Shown here: in pieces, positions 62,181 through 64,000 of the stretch
Layout: every line of letters starts with the position of its first letter
Position numbering within the stretch: position 1 is the stretch's first letter
From: Camelus ferus
Taxonomy: Eukaryota
Direction: 5' to 3'
DNA length: 64,000 nucleotides
Assembly (NCBI RefSeq): GCF_009834535.1
Contig: NC_045696.1
Coordinates: 43,216,001-43,280,000 of the forward strand
The notes under the pieces: generated by a model
The model's database searches: none
Seen by the model: the letters and a program-made list of their open reading frames with translations, nothing else
Told to the model about the DNA's origin: nothing
Made by a program: the position numbers and the translations under genes

Positions 62181-64000
62181 ATTGACTATAAATCTTAAAA
62201 AGGGGAAATTCCCATTACTAAACTATCAATATGTCTTATCTTAATTTTCATTTAGTGATAAATTAGCTGGCATACAGGAAGATACGGGCTTACTCAATAG
62301 GAAAATAAAAGGCAAAATCAAAACTTTTGGCTTTTTGTGTAACACTCATATATGACTAAATTAAAAATAAAATAATATAAAATAGTAGAATAAAAAGAGA
62401 AGAAATATACTTTAAAATTTTCCTTATCTGGGTATATAAATATTCAAATTTTATTTTATACCTGTGTGGAAACAATCTGGGAATTCATTTATTTTGGCAA
62501 AACATCTGGAAATATTGGTTTTGTTTTTGTTTTTGTTTTTCCAATTATTTTATTGTGATGTGGAAGGAATCTTGTTTATTATATCGGATACTTTAGAGGC
62601 TTCCTAGGATCCTATTTGTTACCAAGTATAAATGTCATCATGAATGTCATTTGCTGATATTAAGCATAGCAACATGCACCACTGAAGAGAATAATCTCAT
62701 GTTTAATTAGAGTAGGAGGTTCTCTGGAACGATCAGCCAGCTGTCTGCTTCTAACCATGATGTTAAAAAAGAACTGAATTAGAAGAATGGTCAATGCTAG
62801 AAATAACTAAGTAGCATTAAGTAATCTAAAAATTGGGAGATGTTCAAAGTTTAATGTCAACTTTCAAAACTGTCACTGTCACACACACCCCTTAACATCT
62901 AGTCTAATTTCAGCCTCTTAAAAACATAAAAAGCTTAACATTTTGTTGCCCTCATTGTCTCCATCAGAGTGCAAGAAGTAATTACCCTTCAGTGCCTTTC
63001 AATCTGTGACCTTCAGAGTCAAAGCCACAGTCAAACAGAGCTGTTATTTTTTTCCCTAAATCACCTGACTAATTGCTAAACACTATGTTTCACTCAGGCA
63101 AGATAAAATAGGCTAGAGAGGAGGATGAAAAAAAATTTTACTAACAGGTATCCTTAGAATTTGGGTGTCAATACAAAGAGCTTTTATGGTCTCAAAAGCT
63201 TTTTAGAAGCATTTCTTTGGTTCTGGTTTGTAGACAGTCACTATCTTGATTCATAAATGACAGGAAGTTGATATCATATTCTATTTCACCCTACACTAAT
63301 TGGTAAAACTAAGAAAAATGCAAAATGGACATCTGTGATGTTTTAATCAGATGGAAATAATTATTTCTGAAGATAGCATGCTGCATTTCAAGATTTGCTT
63401 TAGGAACTAAAAAACACATAAAGACTTCTTTCAAATTGCTTCATTTTTGGTTTTTTAGTTGTATATACATTCCATGCCAGATCTTTTTAAATAGTCTATT
63501 ACCATATAGGTTATTAATGTGATAGCTGAAGTTGGCAAGAATGTGCTACTATGCTTCATTTTTTCCAGCTCTGGAAAAGGGAGGAAATAACTAAAGCTTA
63601 GCCCAAACTTACATACAATCCTCTACTCAATATTTATGATGCAATATATGAAAAGGATTTATCTGTGACTATTCACTTAAGTATTATGGATTATATTTCA
63701 TTAAACAAAATTATTTTCTCCCCCAAATATATTTTTTGCTTGACTTTTATAATATCTGAAAGTTTTATCATCAGTGGAATATTCAGGTTGGGCAAATTGG
63801 TCATTATCATTAAAGCACAAGTTAAATTTTTAGATTGGCTACCTAGCCACTTAATAGGGCTTTGGTATAGTGAGATGGGAATCAGGAGGGGTTTATTTCA
63901 GAGACACAGAGGACAGAATTGCTATTCATTTTGTTAGTCATTCTACTAAATTCAGGCTCTCTGCTGAAATGAGAAAAACCTCTCAAATGAATTATCTAGA

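Overview
AT-rich, repeat-dense mammalian intronic or intergenic DNA. It is probably camelid (cetartiodactyl): the young L1 3' UTRs look cetartiodactyl-type, and I recognised no Alu, Bov-A/tA/BovB, PRE-1 or CanSINE. I could not identify any host protein-coding exon, RNA gene or CRISPR array. The dominant feature is a full-length but inactivated LINE-1 (~55000-61860, + strand). It has a CpG-rich 5' UTR with a YY1 site, frameshifted ORF1 and ORF2, an RT YADD motif mutated to YAND, and an 8-bp TSD, and it sits inside an ancient L2. The rest is a layered fossil record: younger L1 3' fragments, old L1M pieces, L2, CR1/L3, MIR, solo LTRs (LTR16, LTR33, LTR40, MER21, MER41-like, LTR39-like, MLT1) and DNA transposons (MER8, MER2B, MER20, Charlie4). 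Family names are by-eye recognition, not search results. Most interesting: (1) a textbook recursive-splice-site motif at 21266/21267; (2) a probable L1 3' transduction at 23583-23891; (3) splice-site-bounded, stop-containing exon candidates suggesting a + strand non-coding transcript, plus an overlapping 33-nt minus-strand microexon candidate; (4) RFX, SOX and CTCF motif clusters in repeat-free islands; (5) a young/old chimeric L1 and template-switch scars. I see no support for a wholly new protein-encoded system.
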